NCBI GenBank assembly: GCA_000146045.2
Contig: BK006941.2
Coordinates: 800,001 to 864,000 of the forward strand
Direction: 5' to 3'
Length of the DNA stretch: 64,000 nucleotides
Source: TPA_inf: Saccharomyces
Lineage: Eukaryota
The notes beneath the pieces are model-generated. The model was not told the DNA's origin and ran no database searches. It was given only the letters and a program-made list of their open reading frames with translations. Of this stretch, positions 34,689 to 45,892 are shown piece by piece. Position 1 is the stretch's first letter, and each line of letters begins with the position of its first letter. The position numbers were made by a program, and so were the translations under genes.

Positions 34689-35903
34689 TTAACTATTGTC
34701 CAATTGTGCCCATTTTGGTAAATCTGTTTTGAACTTGAATTTGCCATTAATCTCCTCATACTTCCAAGCATGCAACCATAATTCTAGGTCTGATAGCACA
34801 GGATCCTTTAAATCAACAGTATGACATTCAGGACAAAATGTTTCCATTGTCCGACAATTATTTTTTGTCTCATCGACAAATTTTTGAAACCTCACTTTCA
34901 ATTCCTCAGCATCTAAATCCTGCTGATTCTCCCATCTAGGAAACTGAGTTATAAACTTAAGCCTTTCGGGGTATTTTGTAATATGCGAACAATAAACACT
35001 ATCGTTGACGATGGGATGACCGAGCCTAGCTAAATGGATTCGAATTTGGTGTGTTCTTCCAGTTATTGGCTTACAAGCGACGACAGTTTCATCAGCATGA
35101 GAGAAGTATCTTATTGGGTAGAACTTGGTAATAGCATCCTTCGATGTCGATAAACCAACTGGAAACTGTCTCTTTGGATCGATAGAATATATGGGTGTCA
35201 TTTCCACTGTAACTTTGGAAGTGTCCTCAAAAGTCGTTTCCGCCGCATTTTCATTGTCCAATATCAATTCGGAGTGAGGAAATCTTCCCTTGACCCTTGC
35301 CAAGTAGATCTTAATCATATCTCTTGAACGAATACTCTTCTGGATTTCCCCCGCACTCTGACTGTTCTTGGCCAATATCAACAAGCCTGATGTGATCTTG
35401 TCTAACCGATAACAAGGAAGAGCATCTACACCATGTAACTTCAGTAATTCAGTAATTGTGTTCTGGTAAAACTGACCGGTTGGATGCACTGGTATACCAC
35501 TGGGTTTATCAATGACGAGGATACTCTCATCTTCAAAAACAATATTGAATCCCGCTATTCTGCCAGGTAAATCCTCCGCTTCAACTTCCTGGCTACACCA
35601 TTGTTTTACCGGCGGTTCGTGCTTATGCGTAGTTGTTTCTAAAACATCATGATTCTTGATTATGGTAGTCATGAGATGATCTGGTACCAGCGGCACACCA
35701 TCTCGGATCAACCTATATGTGCCTTTCCTTATTTGGTCCAAATAATAAGCTCTTGGGCGAAGTTTAAATTCACTAACGAGAACGTCTATTAGTAACTTAC
35801 CCAACCAGCGCCCCTTCACGAACGCTGATCTTCTGTTATAATAGGGCCGTACCTTTCTCAGTCCATTCTGTGTATATACCTCAATAACTTTGATAGTTGA
35901 CAT
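34689..35903 (-). CDS. PUS6: tRNA pseudouridine synthase (RluA family; U31)
   Basis: ORF MSSMSTIKV.... I chose the Met at residue 4 for the 404 aa I recall. The RluA catalytic motif HRLD (CYRLDKITSG) is present. Confidence 0.85.
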   Translation of the reverse strand: MSTIKVIEVYTQNGLRKVRPYYNRRSAFVKGRWLGKLLIDVLVSEFKLRPRAYYLDQIRKGTYRLIRDGVPLVPDHLMTTIIKNHDVLETTTHKHEPPVKQWCSQEVEAEDLPGRIAGFNIVFEDESILVIDKPSGIPVHPTGQFYQNTITELLKLHGVDALPCYRLDKITSGLLILAKNSQSAGEIQKSIRSRDMIKIYLARVKGRFPHSELILDNENAAETTFEDTSKVTVEMTPIYSIDPKRQFPVGLSTSKDAITKFYPIRYFSHADETVVACKPITGRTHQIRIHLARLGHPIVNDSVYCSHITKYPERLKFITQFPRWENQQDLDAEELKVRFQKFVDETKNNCRTMETFCPECHTVDLKDPVLSDLELWLHAWKYEEINGKFKFKTDLPKWAQLDNS

Positions 35904-36386
35904 ACTTGACAATCATCCTTTTGCCCACTGATTGTCTCGAGCAATCGTCAATAAAGTTTTCACAAGAAACATTTATTTGCCTTTTAATGAAAGAAAAAAA
36001 GTAAATTTTTCATTAACTTTTATCATTGTTATCAATCTTCTTGTATGACAGCAAGCTATATATACATACATATGCAAATCTAATGTACATAATTTCAACT
36101 ATTCATACCATTAGTACCATAAAGTCATTCTTTTTACTGTAAACTACACTTGCATTATCCTTCCTCGTCCCTCTTTATTCTTATAACGTTGAACAGTGAT
36201 TTCTTACCATGTGTATTTTTGTACTCAACCCGCAAAAGATAAGCATCCTCATACAGAAGTATTATTATTACCACTGTTACTTTTATTGTCGTTATTTGTC
36301 TTGCGTTTTTATGTTTATGGAGATAAAGTGGGAATGACTTTATCATATGCAATTATTAGCCGCTATAAGGCTAAGATTCTTCAAAT

Positions 36387-36665
36387 TTATTTCATTTTTC
36401 TTTTACCCTTGCCACCCTTGCCCAGTTGCTCCTCCTCTGCGGTTAGCAACGCATCGCGCTCCTTTTTAGCTCTTGCTTTTTCTTGTCTTTTTTGCTCTTC
36501 CTCTAATTTTTTGGCATTCTCTTTCCTCGAACCTTGTTCCCATTTAGAAGCTTCCTCCGCTTCTAGCTGCTCCATTTGTGCTCTTTGTTTAGCATGTGCC
36601 TGATCTCTTTTTCTTGCTAAGCCAGCTGCTTTCTTTGCGGCGGATTCTGAAAATCTTTTACCCAT
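36387..36665 (-). CDS. LSO2: small basic coiled-coil ribosome-associated protein
   Basis: 92-aa ORF MGKRFSESAAKKAAGLARKRDQ.... It matches YGR169C-A. Confidence 0.85.
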   Translation of the reverse strand: MGKRFSESAAKKAAGLARKRDQAHAKQRAQMEQLEAEEASKWEQGSRKENAKKLEEEQKRQEKARAKKERDALLTAEEEQLGKGGKGKRKMK

Positions 36666-37141
36666 CTTTTTACTTCCTCTTTGCTATTCTATTATTTCCT
36701 GTATAGGCAGGTTTTGTGCTCAATTGATAAATTCTTTTACCTATTAAATATAAACTTGAGTTTCAACTTATTCAGCTTTATTTTAAACATTATACAAGTT
36801 TTTCATTTTGAGGGGTCTTTAACTGGAAAAAAAAAGCTTTCACGACTCAAAGAAAAAAAAAAAAATTTTTTTAGGGTAAAAAAAAACTAAGGGCTAATAT
36901 GAAAAATACAAAGGTTATGTTACTTTAAAATGAGGTTTGGAAGAAGGAGAAAGACAAAAAAGCAGGGCACATGTCAAACTCTTGGAAACTTGAGATCCTA
37001 GCCCTAACGCATGTGCTACTTCAAGGAATTCTTCTTATATATGACAACTATTCCAATTTGATGCTAAAACTAGCCCAAAGTGGTTGATGCTGTATCAATT
37101 GGTAAAGAATCCTCGATTTTCAGGAGCATCCAACGACGAAG

Positions 37142-40100
37142 ATGAGGATTATTAAGGGCAGAAAGCGAGGCAAGAACAAGAAGCCAACGCTAATTTTAAA
37201 AATTCATGTCATTCAAGCTGAAAATATTGAAGCCTTGAAGACATTCAATTGTAACCCGGTATGTTTTGTTACCACTAATACATTTTATAGTCAAAAGACG
37301 AACAAGCTCAAGAACTCAAATACACACTGGAATCAAACCTTGAGGATCAAACTTCCGAGAAATCCAACATCTGAATGGTTAAGGATTATAGTATACGACG
37401 CCCTACCAACCGGAGCTCCCCCTACTACCCCCAGTAGACCAAGGACAACCACTGCAAATACATCTTCATCGACACTGTCAAATTCAGGGCTAAGTTCTCA
37501 CTCTCATTCGTCGAGAAATTTGAATGTTACGTCCAAAGGTAATCAAACTTCAACATCAATTAATTCAGTATCATCTTCAGCTACACCGGCCCCTTCACAT
37601 TCTTCCTCTTCTCTCTCAACAACAGGTCCCGGGTCCACACACAAAAATAGGATTAATAGCTATCTATATTTGGGTGAAGCAAAAATTTCATTACTGGATT
37701 TATTCAAGAGGAAGGACACCACGACGAGCTATAAATTTTCAATTGAAGCTCAGCGGTACCATCTATACGATATGAAAGGAGGGAAAGACCAAGATTCCTT
37801 GAACTGCAACTTTCTAGTGGGCGATATTTTGCTTGGATTTAAGCTAGAATGTAACGTTAAAAGAACCCCGACTTTTCAGGCTTTCAATGCTTGGAGAAAT
37901 GAGTTGAACACTTACTTGGGCAGAATAGATAGAAATAAGGCCCGCATGAGATCTTCTAGTTCTTTGCCACCTCCACTAGAAGATATGTTGAGCAATAGTT
38001 CAGCTGTTAGTGGAAATGAAATACGACGCGAGAAACCATATAGCGATACTGATCTAGCCCACGATGAAGAGGTCAATGCCGAGGATGAAATAGATGCTGA
38101 GGAATCTATTGAAGATATGAATAGCAGCGGCAGCATTTGTACGGAGAGGAGGTACGATATAGACAATGATACTATATTCGACTCTATATCTGAGGTTGTT
38201 TCGCTAAATGATGAAGAACTAGATATTCTAAATGATTTTGAAGAAGCAGATCATCCAAATGTGCCAGACATAAATGTGCATGACATCGACGAAGATACCC
38301 GTATCAGTCTATCTTCAATGATAACAGCTTTAGATGAATATGATATCGTAGAACCAGAAGATGTTGCAAAATTACCTGCAGTGTCGGAAAATGACATAAC
38401 ATCAGTGGATGACGAAGAATCTGAAAACCAACAGGAAAGTGATGAGGAGTTTGATATATATAATGAGGATGAGCGTGAAGATTCTGATTTTCAATCAAAA
38501 GAATACATTGGGAGTCGGCTTTTACACCTGCAAAGGGGTAAACATAATAAATCATATGCAAATTACTTATACAGAAGAGCAAAAAGTAACTTTTTTATAT
38601 CGAAAAAGGAACATGCGATGGGGGTAGTATTTATGCATATTGGGGCTATCAAAAATTTACCTGCATTAAGGAATCGGTTGTCCAAGACTAATTATGAAAT
38701 GGATCCATTTATCGTTATTTCGTTTGGTAGAAGAGTATTCAAGACATCTTGGAGAAAACATACTTTAAACCCAGAATTTAATGAATATGCCGCTTTCGAA
38801 GTTTTTCCCCATGAAACGAATTTTGCTTTCAGTATCAAAGTTGTTGATAAAGACTCATTTTCATTCAATGATGACGTTGCAAAATGCGAACTGGCTTGGT
38901 TTGATATGCTGCAACAGCAACAACATGAAAACGAATGGATACCTTATGAGATACCATTGGATCTCACTGTTGAGCCAGCACATGCTCCTAAGCAACCGGT
39001 ATTATATTCGAGCTTCAAATATGTTTCATATCCGTTCTTAAAAAAGAGCTTTTGGAAAGAAGCTGTTGACACATCAGTCAACTTAGAGAGACTCGACATT
39101 ATTCAAGTAATGCTCTATCTTGAACGTCTTGGTTCATTCACGATGGCCGATTCTTTTGAACTCTTTCAGCATTTCAATAAATCTGCTTGGGCCGGCCAGA
39201 GCATTACTAGATCACAATTAGTTGAAGGGCTACAGTCATGGAGAAAATCCACTAATTTTAAACGCATCTGGACATGTCCTAGATGCATGCGTTCATGCAA
39301 ACCAACTAGAAATGCTAGACGTTCTAAACTGGTTCTAGAAAATGACTTGATAACCCATTTTGCCATATGTACGTTTTCAAAAGAACACAAAACTTTAAAG
39401 CCGTCGTACGTCTCATCTGCATTTGCATCCAAGAGATGGTTCTCTAAGGTTTTGATAAAATTAACTTATGGTAAATATGCTTTGGGATCTAACAATGCAA
39501 ACATCTTGGTTCAAGACCGAGACACAGGGATAATTATTGAGGAAAAAATAAGCGCACACGTAAAGTTGGGAATGAGGATTATATACAATGGTAAAAGTCC
39601 CGAGTCTAAAAAATTTAGATCCCTCTTGAAGACTTTATCAATCAGGCAAGGCAAAAAATTTGACAGCACTGCATCTGCCAAACAAATTGAACCTTTCATA
39701 AAGTTTCACTCGCTAGACCTTTCACAATGCCGAGATAAAGATTTTAAAACATTCAATGAATTTTTTTACAGGAAACTAAAACCAGGAAGCCGGCTGCCTG
39801 AAAGTAATAATAAAGAAATATTGTTTTCACCAGCAGATTCAAGATGCACAGTGTTCCCAACTATACAAGAATCGAAGGAAATATGGGTGAAAGGAAGAAA
39901 ATTTTCTATTAAGAAACTAGCCAATAACTATAATCCGGAAACATTTAATGACAATAACTGCAGTATTGGTATATTTAGACTGGCGCCACAAGATTATCAC
40001 CGGTTTCACTCACCATGTAATGGTACGATTGGAAAACCTGTATATGTGGATGGAGAGTATTATACTGTAAATCCAATGGCCGTTCGTAGTGAGTTAGACG

Positions 40101-40558
40101 TCTTTGGTGAAAATATCAGAGTTATTATCCCCATCGATTCTCCTCAATTTGGCAAACTACTGTACATACCTATTGGTGCAATGATGGTTGGATCCATACT
40201 ATTGACCTGCAAAGAAAACGATGTAGTTGAGAGTGGACAGGAGCTGGGCTATTTTAAATTTGGAGGTTCTACTATAATAATCATTATCCCGCACAACAAC
40301 TTCATGTTTGATTCCGACCTTGTGAAAAACTCTTCAGAACGCATTGAAACGTTAGTCAAAGTCGGGATGAGTATAGGACACACATCAAATGTGAATGAAT
40401 TGAAGAGAATCCGTATTAAAGTAGACGACCCAAAGAAAATTGAACGGATCAAGAGAACAATTAGTGTTAGCGATGAAAATGCCAAGAGTACAGGAAATGT
40501 AACATGGGAATATCATACTTTACGGGAAATGATGAATAAAGATTTTGCTGGGCTATGA
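37142..40558 (+). CDS. PSD2: phosphatidylserine decarboxylase 2 (Golgi/endosome; C2 domains plus a PSD catalytic domain with the GST pyruvoyl-forming site)
   Basis: 1138-aa ORF. It has C2-like regions and the FKFGGSTIIII motif (self-cleavage GST). Confidence 0.9.
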   Translation: MRIIKGRKRGKNKKPTLILKIHVIQAENIEALKTFNCNPVCFVTTNTFYSQKTNKLKNSNTHWNQTLRIKLPRNPTSEWLRIIVYDALPTGAPPTTPSRPRTTTANTSSSTLSNSGLSSHSHSSRNLNVTSKGNQTSTSINSVSSSATPAPSHSSSSLSTTGPGSTHKNRINSYLYLGEAKISLLDLFKRKDTTTSYKFSIEAQRYHLYDMKGGKDQDSLNCNFLVGDILLGFKLECNVKRTPTFQAFNAWRNELNTYLGRIDRNKARMRSSSSLPPPLEDMLSNSSAVSGNEIRREKPYSDTDLAHDEEVNAEDEIDAEESIEDMNSSGSICTERRYDIDNDTIFDSISEVVSLNDEELDILNDFEEADHPNVPDINVHDIDEDTRISLSSMITALDEYDIVEPEDVAKLPAVSENDITSVDDEESENQQESDEEFDIYNEDEREDSDFQSKEYIGSRLLHLQRGKHNKSYANYLYRRAKSNFFISKKEHAMGVVFMHIGAIKNLPALRNRLSKTNYEMDPFIVISFGRRVFKTSWRKHTLNPEFNEYAAFEVFPHETNFAFSIKVVDKDSFSFNDDVAKCELAWFDMLQQQQHENEWIPYEIPLDLTVEPAHAPKQPVLYSSFKYVSYPFLKKSFWKEAVDTSVNLERLDIIQVMLYLERLGSFTMADSFELFQHFNKSAWAGQSITRSQLVEGLQSWRKSTNFKRIWTCPRCMRSCKPTRNARRSKLVLENDLITHFAICTFSKEHKTLKPSYVSSAFASKRWFSKVLIKLTYGKYALGSNNANILVQDRDTGIIIEEKISAHVKLGMRIIYNGKSPESKKFRSLLKTLSIRQGKKFDSTASAKQIEPFIKFHSLDLSQCRDKDFKTFNEFFYRKLKPGSRLPESNNKEILFSPADSRCTVFPTIQESKEIWVKGRKFSIKKLANNYNPETFNDNNCSIGIFRLAPQDYHRFHSPCNGTIGKPVYVDGEYYTVNPMAVRSELDVFGENIRVIIPIDSPQFGKLLYIPIGAMMVGSILLTCKENDVVESGQELGYFKFGGSTIIIIIPHNNFMFDSDLVKNSSERIETLVKVGMSIGHTSNVNELKRIRIKVDDPKKIERIKRTISVSDENAKSTGNVTWEYHTLREMMNKDFAGL

Positions 40559-40823
40559 AGCCGCCGAAAAATTGGCTGTAGTTAGTGGTTACCAAAATGG
40601 AAAAAAAAAAAAAACATGAACAATCTCCCTCAGACTTTATTATAGACTATAGCGTGTACAAACAAGTCATCGTTGATAATGAAAGCAATGGTTTCATACC
40701 AGGAAATTTCCTATGAAAAATATGCATTTTTATTAGTAACAAAAGAAACTATATTCCTAGTCCTCTTGCAGAAAATACGATATAATACTTAAGTTAATAT
40801 TTACAGTGCAGTAAGTACCTTTT

Positions 40824-42551
40824 TCATGACCTCATATTCGTTTGTTCCTCTTGCAACCTGAATGGAATTTTTTTCAAAGGTACTTCTCGGCCTTTCTTGT
40901 TAGATTGCTTTCCATATGTTTTATCGGAACCCAATCTAGCATAATTTATAGTCCTTTTCTCCTTTGAAACATCAATACGATCTAGGAAACTTTGTGAGAG
41001 AGATGGTATAATGGATTGGCATAAAATGGAGAGGATTCTAGACGTTTCCATAGCCAAAAATATTATATTGTCTTGTTGATCTAATTCCCTCTCCCAAGGT
41101 TTACTATTTTGAACCAAAGTATTTGCATCGTTGATAATACTCCAAACATGCCTTAGCAGTTGAGGATACTGGAATATGGCTATTTTTTCGTCAAAAACCT
41201 CTTGTGATTTGTTGAGTAGTTTAGCCAGATTCTCAATTCGTTCGGAGACTATTGGTTCATTTTGGAAAATCTCCTGAAATTGAAAATTTGCCTTGTCGCT
41301 AAATTTCATAACAGCTCTTTCAATATTGAATTTCGAGCCACAACATCTGTTAATCAGATTGCCCCATTTGGATACTAAAAGCTCTCTTGTCTCGTATAAT
41401 TTGGCTTCTTGAAAATCGCCGTCCTCTTCCAGTTTAGAATTTTCTAACAAGAACCAACGCACAATATCGGCTCCATAATAACGTGCCATATCAATCGGAT
41501 CTACAACATTACCCAAACTTTTGGACATTTTCATTCCATTGCAGAGCCAGTGTCCATGAACAACAATTTGTCTTGGTAAAGGCAGTCCAGCAGCCAGTAA
41601 AAAAGAAGGCCAATATACGGTATGGAATTTCGCGATATCCTTTCCTATCACGTGAATGGTGTTTCGCTGCACTTCTTTTGGGTATGGTATTAACAATTGG
41701 CCTTTTACGTTTGATTTGTCGCTATAATGTCTTGAAACTACTTCAGTAGCATTACTCAAGATGGACGGTATGCCACCGATGGAGGAGAGGTAGTTACACA
41801 AGGCATCAAACCACACATAAACTTTTTGGGACGGATCATTAGGAGTCGGTATACCCCATTTAAGTCTCGCAGAGGGTCTCGATATCGATAAATCTGGCAA
41901 TGTCCCACCGGTTTCTAGTTCTTTTAGAATTTGGTCTCTTTTAGAAGCAGGAAAAATGAAATCTGGATTCTTTCTTATATGGTCAACTATTTTCTTGTTA
42001 AATAAGGATAGCCTAAAGAAGTAATTTGTCTCTGACTGATAAACTACTTCGTTTTTCGATTCTGTATTCAGATACTTACCATCATTTTTGGGGTCTTTAA
42101 TAACCTTGGATTCAGGATAGAATGTTTCATCAGAAATGGAATACCAACCCTTATGTTCGCCCATGTAAATATAGCCATTTTTCAAACAAAGTTCCCATAA
42201 TTTCATCACGTTTTCAATGTGGTCAGGATCCGTAGTCCTTATAAATCTTGTATAATTAATGCCATATATTTTGTCTAATTGAACAAACTCTGGGTATAGC
42301 TTATCGACGAACTTTTTTGGCTGATCGAAGCCATTGCTTTCACTAGCACACTGGATTTTCAATCCATGTTCATCAGTACCTGTGGTAAAGAAGGATAGAT
42401 TACCTTTAAATAATTGCCATCGATGGTAAACGTCACTTAATAAGCTGGAGTAAAGATGGCCGAGGTGCGGTTTGGCATTGGGATAGAAAATTGGCGTCGT
42501 TACGTGGGAGACCTTAGAGTACAGACGATGCACAATTGATCGACATTGCAT
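40824..42551 (-). CDS. MSM1: mitochondrial methionyl-tRNA synthetase
   Basis: 575-aa ORF with the class I HIGH motif (HLGH) and KMSKS. Confidence 0.9.
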   Translation of the reverse strand: MQCRSIVHRLYSKVSHVTTPIFYPNAKPHLGHLYSSLLSDVYHRWQLFKGNLSFFTTGTDEHGLKIQCASESNGFDQPKKFVDKLYPEFVQLDKIYGINYTRFIRTTDPDHIENVMKLWELCLKNGYIYMGEHKGWYSISDETFYPESKVIKDPKNDGKYLNTESKNEVVYQSETNYFFRLSLFNKKIVDHIRKNPDFIFPASKRDQILKELETGGTLPDLSISRPSARLKWGIPTPNDPSQKVYVWFDALCNYLSSIGGIPSILSNATEVVSRHYSDKSNVKGQLLIPYPKEVQRNTIHVIGKDIAKFHTVYWPSFLLAAGLPLPRQIVVHGHWLCNGMKMSKSLGNVVDPIDMARYYGADIVRWFLLENSKLEEDGDFQEAKLYETRELLVSKWGNLINRCCGSKFNIERAVMKFSDKANFQFQEIFQNEPIVSERIENLAKLLNKSQEVFDEKIAIFQYPQLLRHVWSIINDANTLVQNSKPWERELDQQDNIIFLAMETSRILSILCQSIIPSLSQSFLDRIDVSKEKRTINYARLGSDKTYGKQSNKKGREVPLKKIPFRLQEEQTNMRS

Positions 42552-42844
42552 GTTTTCTTTCGATCAAAACCTATGCTTTCCTTATTTACCTCTGGAGAAT
42601 AGTAACATTAAAATTTACATTCTTTTTTCACAGTTGTGCGGATTTATTTGTTTGAAACCACCATTGGACTACGTTTTAGTTTTTAAAGAAAGAGAAGGCA
42701 CTTCGTAATCCAATGTTGCCTAGTACTGGTATTGCTTGCACTATACAAGGAAGTAAGTGTGATTATGTAATGCTGTATACACTCTTTATTCAAACATAGT
42801 TCAGAAAAACATATATACAAATATCGCCCCTAAGCCAATTCCCT

Positions 42845-43591
42845 TCAGACAAAAATTACCATGAGGGCAAAAACACTGTAGAAAATCAACAGTGGGTAGG
42901 CAATTAGCAATCTTGCATTTTGCAATTGGAGCAAAGAATTTAAAAATCCAGACGAGGTCCAAGTACTCCAAATTACAAATAGTACTGATACAACATAACC
43001 TGTAGTGTTGTTCAAACCATGGAAAATGCCCAGTAAAGAAAGGAAACACAGAGGCAAAAAGCAGTATCCTAAGATGGACGCTGTATTGAAAAATTGTAGG
43101 TTCGTTTGAGTGGAAGTATCGTTATTGCTCATTAATTTCGATAGATTGTGCAAAGAAATGGTACCAAACAAAGCGACACCATAGATATATCCAAAATGAA
43201 CCTTTCCAGCCATCAATAGAAAAAGTCCGAATAACAAAAAGAATATCAAAGGCCCAGCCAAATCTGAATCGTTTAGAATTTCTTGTGGCACACCACTACC
43301 AAAACGTATTGGTATAAGAACCATTTTAGTTTTCGTTATGATATGATCGAAATTTATTCCAATTTCCTCCAGTAATGGAGGTTCATGTGGATATCCCTTA
43401 GTTGAAAGAGCATGTAAAATACCTACAGGCAAAGGGTCGGGGGCAACACCCAAATTGTTATCGTTGCCAGTATTAGAAGAACCGACGGTATTTTGAAAAC
43501 TCATTGACCCTTGGGGAACGGCAAATTGTGCAGAAGGCTGATAAAAGCCACCGCCATTATTAGCATTGTTACTAGTATTGTAGAAAGACAT
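42845..43591 (-). CDS. YIP1: Yip1-family Golgi membrane protein, Rab-GTPase interacting
   Basis: 248-aa ORF. It has a hydrophilic N-terminus and a multi-TM C-terminus. It matches YGR172C. Confidence 0.85.
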   Translation of the reverse strand: MSFYNTSNNANNGGGFYQPSAQFAVPQGSMSFQNTVGSSNTGNDNNLGVAPDPLPVGILHALSTKGYPHEPPLLEEIGINFDHIITKTKMVLIPIRFGSGVPQEILNDSDLAGPLIFFLLFGLFLLMAGKVHFGYIYGVALFGTISLHNLSKLMSNNDTSTQTNLQFFNTASILGYCFLPLCFLSLLGIFHGLNNTTGYVVSVLFVIWSTWTSSGFLNSLLQLQNARLLIAYPLLIFYSVFALMVIFV

Positions 43592-43853
43592 CTCGAGAGG
43601 GACTAATAGTTGTCTTGCAGTACTTCCCGTCCAATTTGTAGCTGTTATAAGATGACTTGGTTCGTGTCACGTAGTTACCTCACTCAAATAGCAAAATAAT
43701 CAATGGTTACCCGAAGTGAAAATTTTCGTGATAATAGCGATGAGATTTAAACCCAGTTATAAAAGTCGTACAATATTGAAGCTGTTGATATTGGAATTGA
43801 ACAAGTACTAACGAGATACGCATTATCAAAACTAACGTAACAAGCACTACAAA

Positions 43854-44960
43854 ATGGGTATTATCGACAAAATCAAAGCCATCGAAGAAGAAATGGCCAG
43901 AACCCAAAAAAATAAGGCCACAGAACATCATCTGGGTCTTTTGAAGGGGAAATTGGCTAGATACAGACAACAACTGCTAGCTGATGAAGCTGGTAGTGGT
44001 GGTGGAGGAGGGTCTGGTTTTGAAGTGGCAAAATCAGGTGACGCTAGAGTAGTTTTAATAGGTTACCCCTCCGTCGGTAAGTCCTCCTTATTGGGTAAAA
44101 TTACCACCACCAAGTCTGAGATCGCTCATTATGCTTTCACGACATTGACATCCGTTCCTGGTGTATTGAAGTACCAAGGTGCAGAAATCCAAATTGTGGA
44201 TCTTCCAGGTATTATTTATGGTGCTTCGCAGGGTAAAGGTCGTGGTAGGCAAGTTGTTGCAACAGCAAGGACCGCAGATCTAGTATTAATGGTTTTAGAT
44301 GCCACAAAGAGTGAACATCAAAGAGCATCTTTGGAGAAGGAGCTGGAAAATGTAGGCATCAGGCTTAATAAAGAGAAACCAAATATTTACTATAAGAAAA
44401 AAGAAACTGGTGGCGTGAAAGTTACGTTTACCTCCCCTCCAAAGACCAATTTAACCGAACAGGCAATCAAAATGATCTTGAGAGATTATCGTATCCATAA
44501 TGCAGAAGTTCTGGTAAGAGATGACCAATGTACGATTGATGATTTTATCGATGTTATTAACGAACAACATAGAAATTATGTCAAATGTCTTTATGTGTAT
44601 AATAAGATAGATGCAGTATCATTAGAAGAGGTGGATAAACTTGCCAGAGAGCCAAACACCGTTGTTATGTCCTGTGAAATGGATTTGGGATTACAAGACG
44701 TCGTTGAAGAAATTTGGTACCAGCTGAACTTGAGTCGTGTGTATACAAAGAAGAGAGGTGTTAGACCAGTATTTGATGATCCTCTAGTGGTAAGAAATAA
44801 TTCCACTATTGGTGACTTATGTCATGGTATCCACAGGGATTTCAAAGATAAGTTCAAATACGCATTGGTTTGGGGTTCTTCTGCCAAACATTCTCCTCAG
44901 AAGTGCGGCTTAAACCACAGGATTGATGATGAAGATGTAGTTTCTTTATTCGCGAAATAG
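43854..44960 (+). CDS. RBG2: Obg/DRG-family GTPase with a TGS domain
   Basis: 368-aa ORF with the G1 motif GYPSVGKSS and the G3 motif DLPG. Confidence 0.9.
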
Positions 44961-45280
44961 TATAAATGAATAGATTTTAAAGAAACATGAAAAAACAAGA
45001 TCAGCATCGAGAACTGTAGTACGGAGCAGAGATTTTGCATGACTAAACGGACTCATTTTCCTTGTAGTAGAAATAAATGCTGAAAATAGGTTTTTTAGTG
45101 AGAACCGGAAGGTGTTACTTTCATGGTATATTCGTATATACTTTTATAATGTAATTTGAAGAGCTCCGTTCATAAAAATTGTCATTCTGGGCTTCAAATG
45201 AATAAATAAACCCGAATGACAATGAAATCTCGAAATTATAATAGTGGTACCTAGTGTAGTAAGTATAAAGGAACCTTCTC

Positions 45281-45630
45281 TGTTGTATCTCAGAATGGGA
45301 TACCTCAGTATGACAATACATCATCCTAAACGTTCATAAAACACATATGAAACAACCTTACAGCAAAACGAACAGAATGAGCAACATGAAAATAAAACTC
45401 TGCCTTCCTTAGCTAACCTACTCTAACGTATAAGTATCTGAACAATTGGTTTAGATCCAAGATTCCGCGCTTCCACCATTTAGTATGATCCATATTTTAT
45501 ATAATATATAGGATAAGTAAGATCCCGTGAATCAAGCTGATAAACCGTTTTGACAACTGGTTACTTCCCTAAGACTGTTTATATTAGGATTGTCAAGAAC
45601 CTTGACATTACCCCATTGCATGATGCAATA
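45281..45630 (+). repeat. Solo Ty3 LTR (sigma element), degenerate at its 3' end, ending about 18 bp upstream of tRNA-Gly
   Basis: Begins TGTTGTATCTCAGAATGGGATACCTCAGTATGACAATAC...ACGTTCATAAAACACATATGAAACAACCTTA, which is about 85% identical to the sigma consensus as I remember it. The CTAAGACTGTTTATATTAGGATTGTCAAGA block is also present. The spacing to the tRNA 5' end is the canonical Ty3 integration distance. Possible imperfect 5-bp flanks are TTCTC (45276-45280) and ATCTC (45631-45635). Confidence 0.75.
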
Positions 45631-45648
45631 ATCTCATATAAATAACAA

Positions 45649-45719
45649 GCGCAAGTGGTTTAGTGGTAAAATCCAACGTTGCCATCGTTGGGCCCCCGGT
45701 TCGATTCCGGGCTTGCGCA
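45649..45719 (+). tRNA. tRNA-Gly (anticodon GCC)
   Basis: GCGCAAGTGGTTTAGTGGTAAAATCCAACGTTGCCATCGTTGGGCCCCCGGTTCGATTCCGGGCTTGCGCA. A T-run (TGTTTTTT) lies just downstream. Confidence 0.9.
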
Positions 45720-45892
45720 ATGTTTTTTCCATCCCCAAGTATGGGAACTAAAATAGCTAAAAATAAGTATGAAGTTATATTTTTAAACCTATTTACAGTG
45801 TACAAATAAATAATATATCATAAATGACACAGACGTATGTTTTAGGATGCAAAAGTTCAAGCTGCCCTTCCTAATTGAGTGACCCGACCCAT

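Noticed and set aside
36196-36603. 135-aa + ORF overlapping LSO2
   Set aside because: It is antisense to the short, highly charged LSO2 CDS and Leu/Ser-rich from the complementary codons, so it is an artefact.
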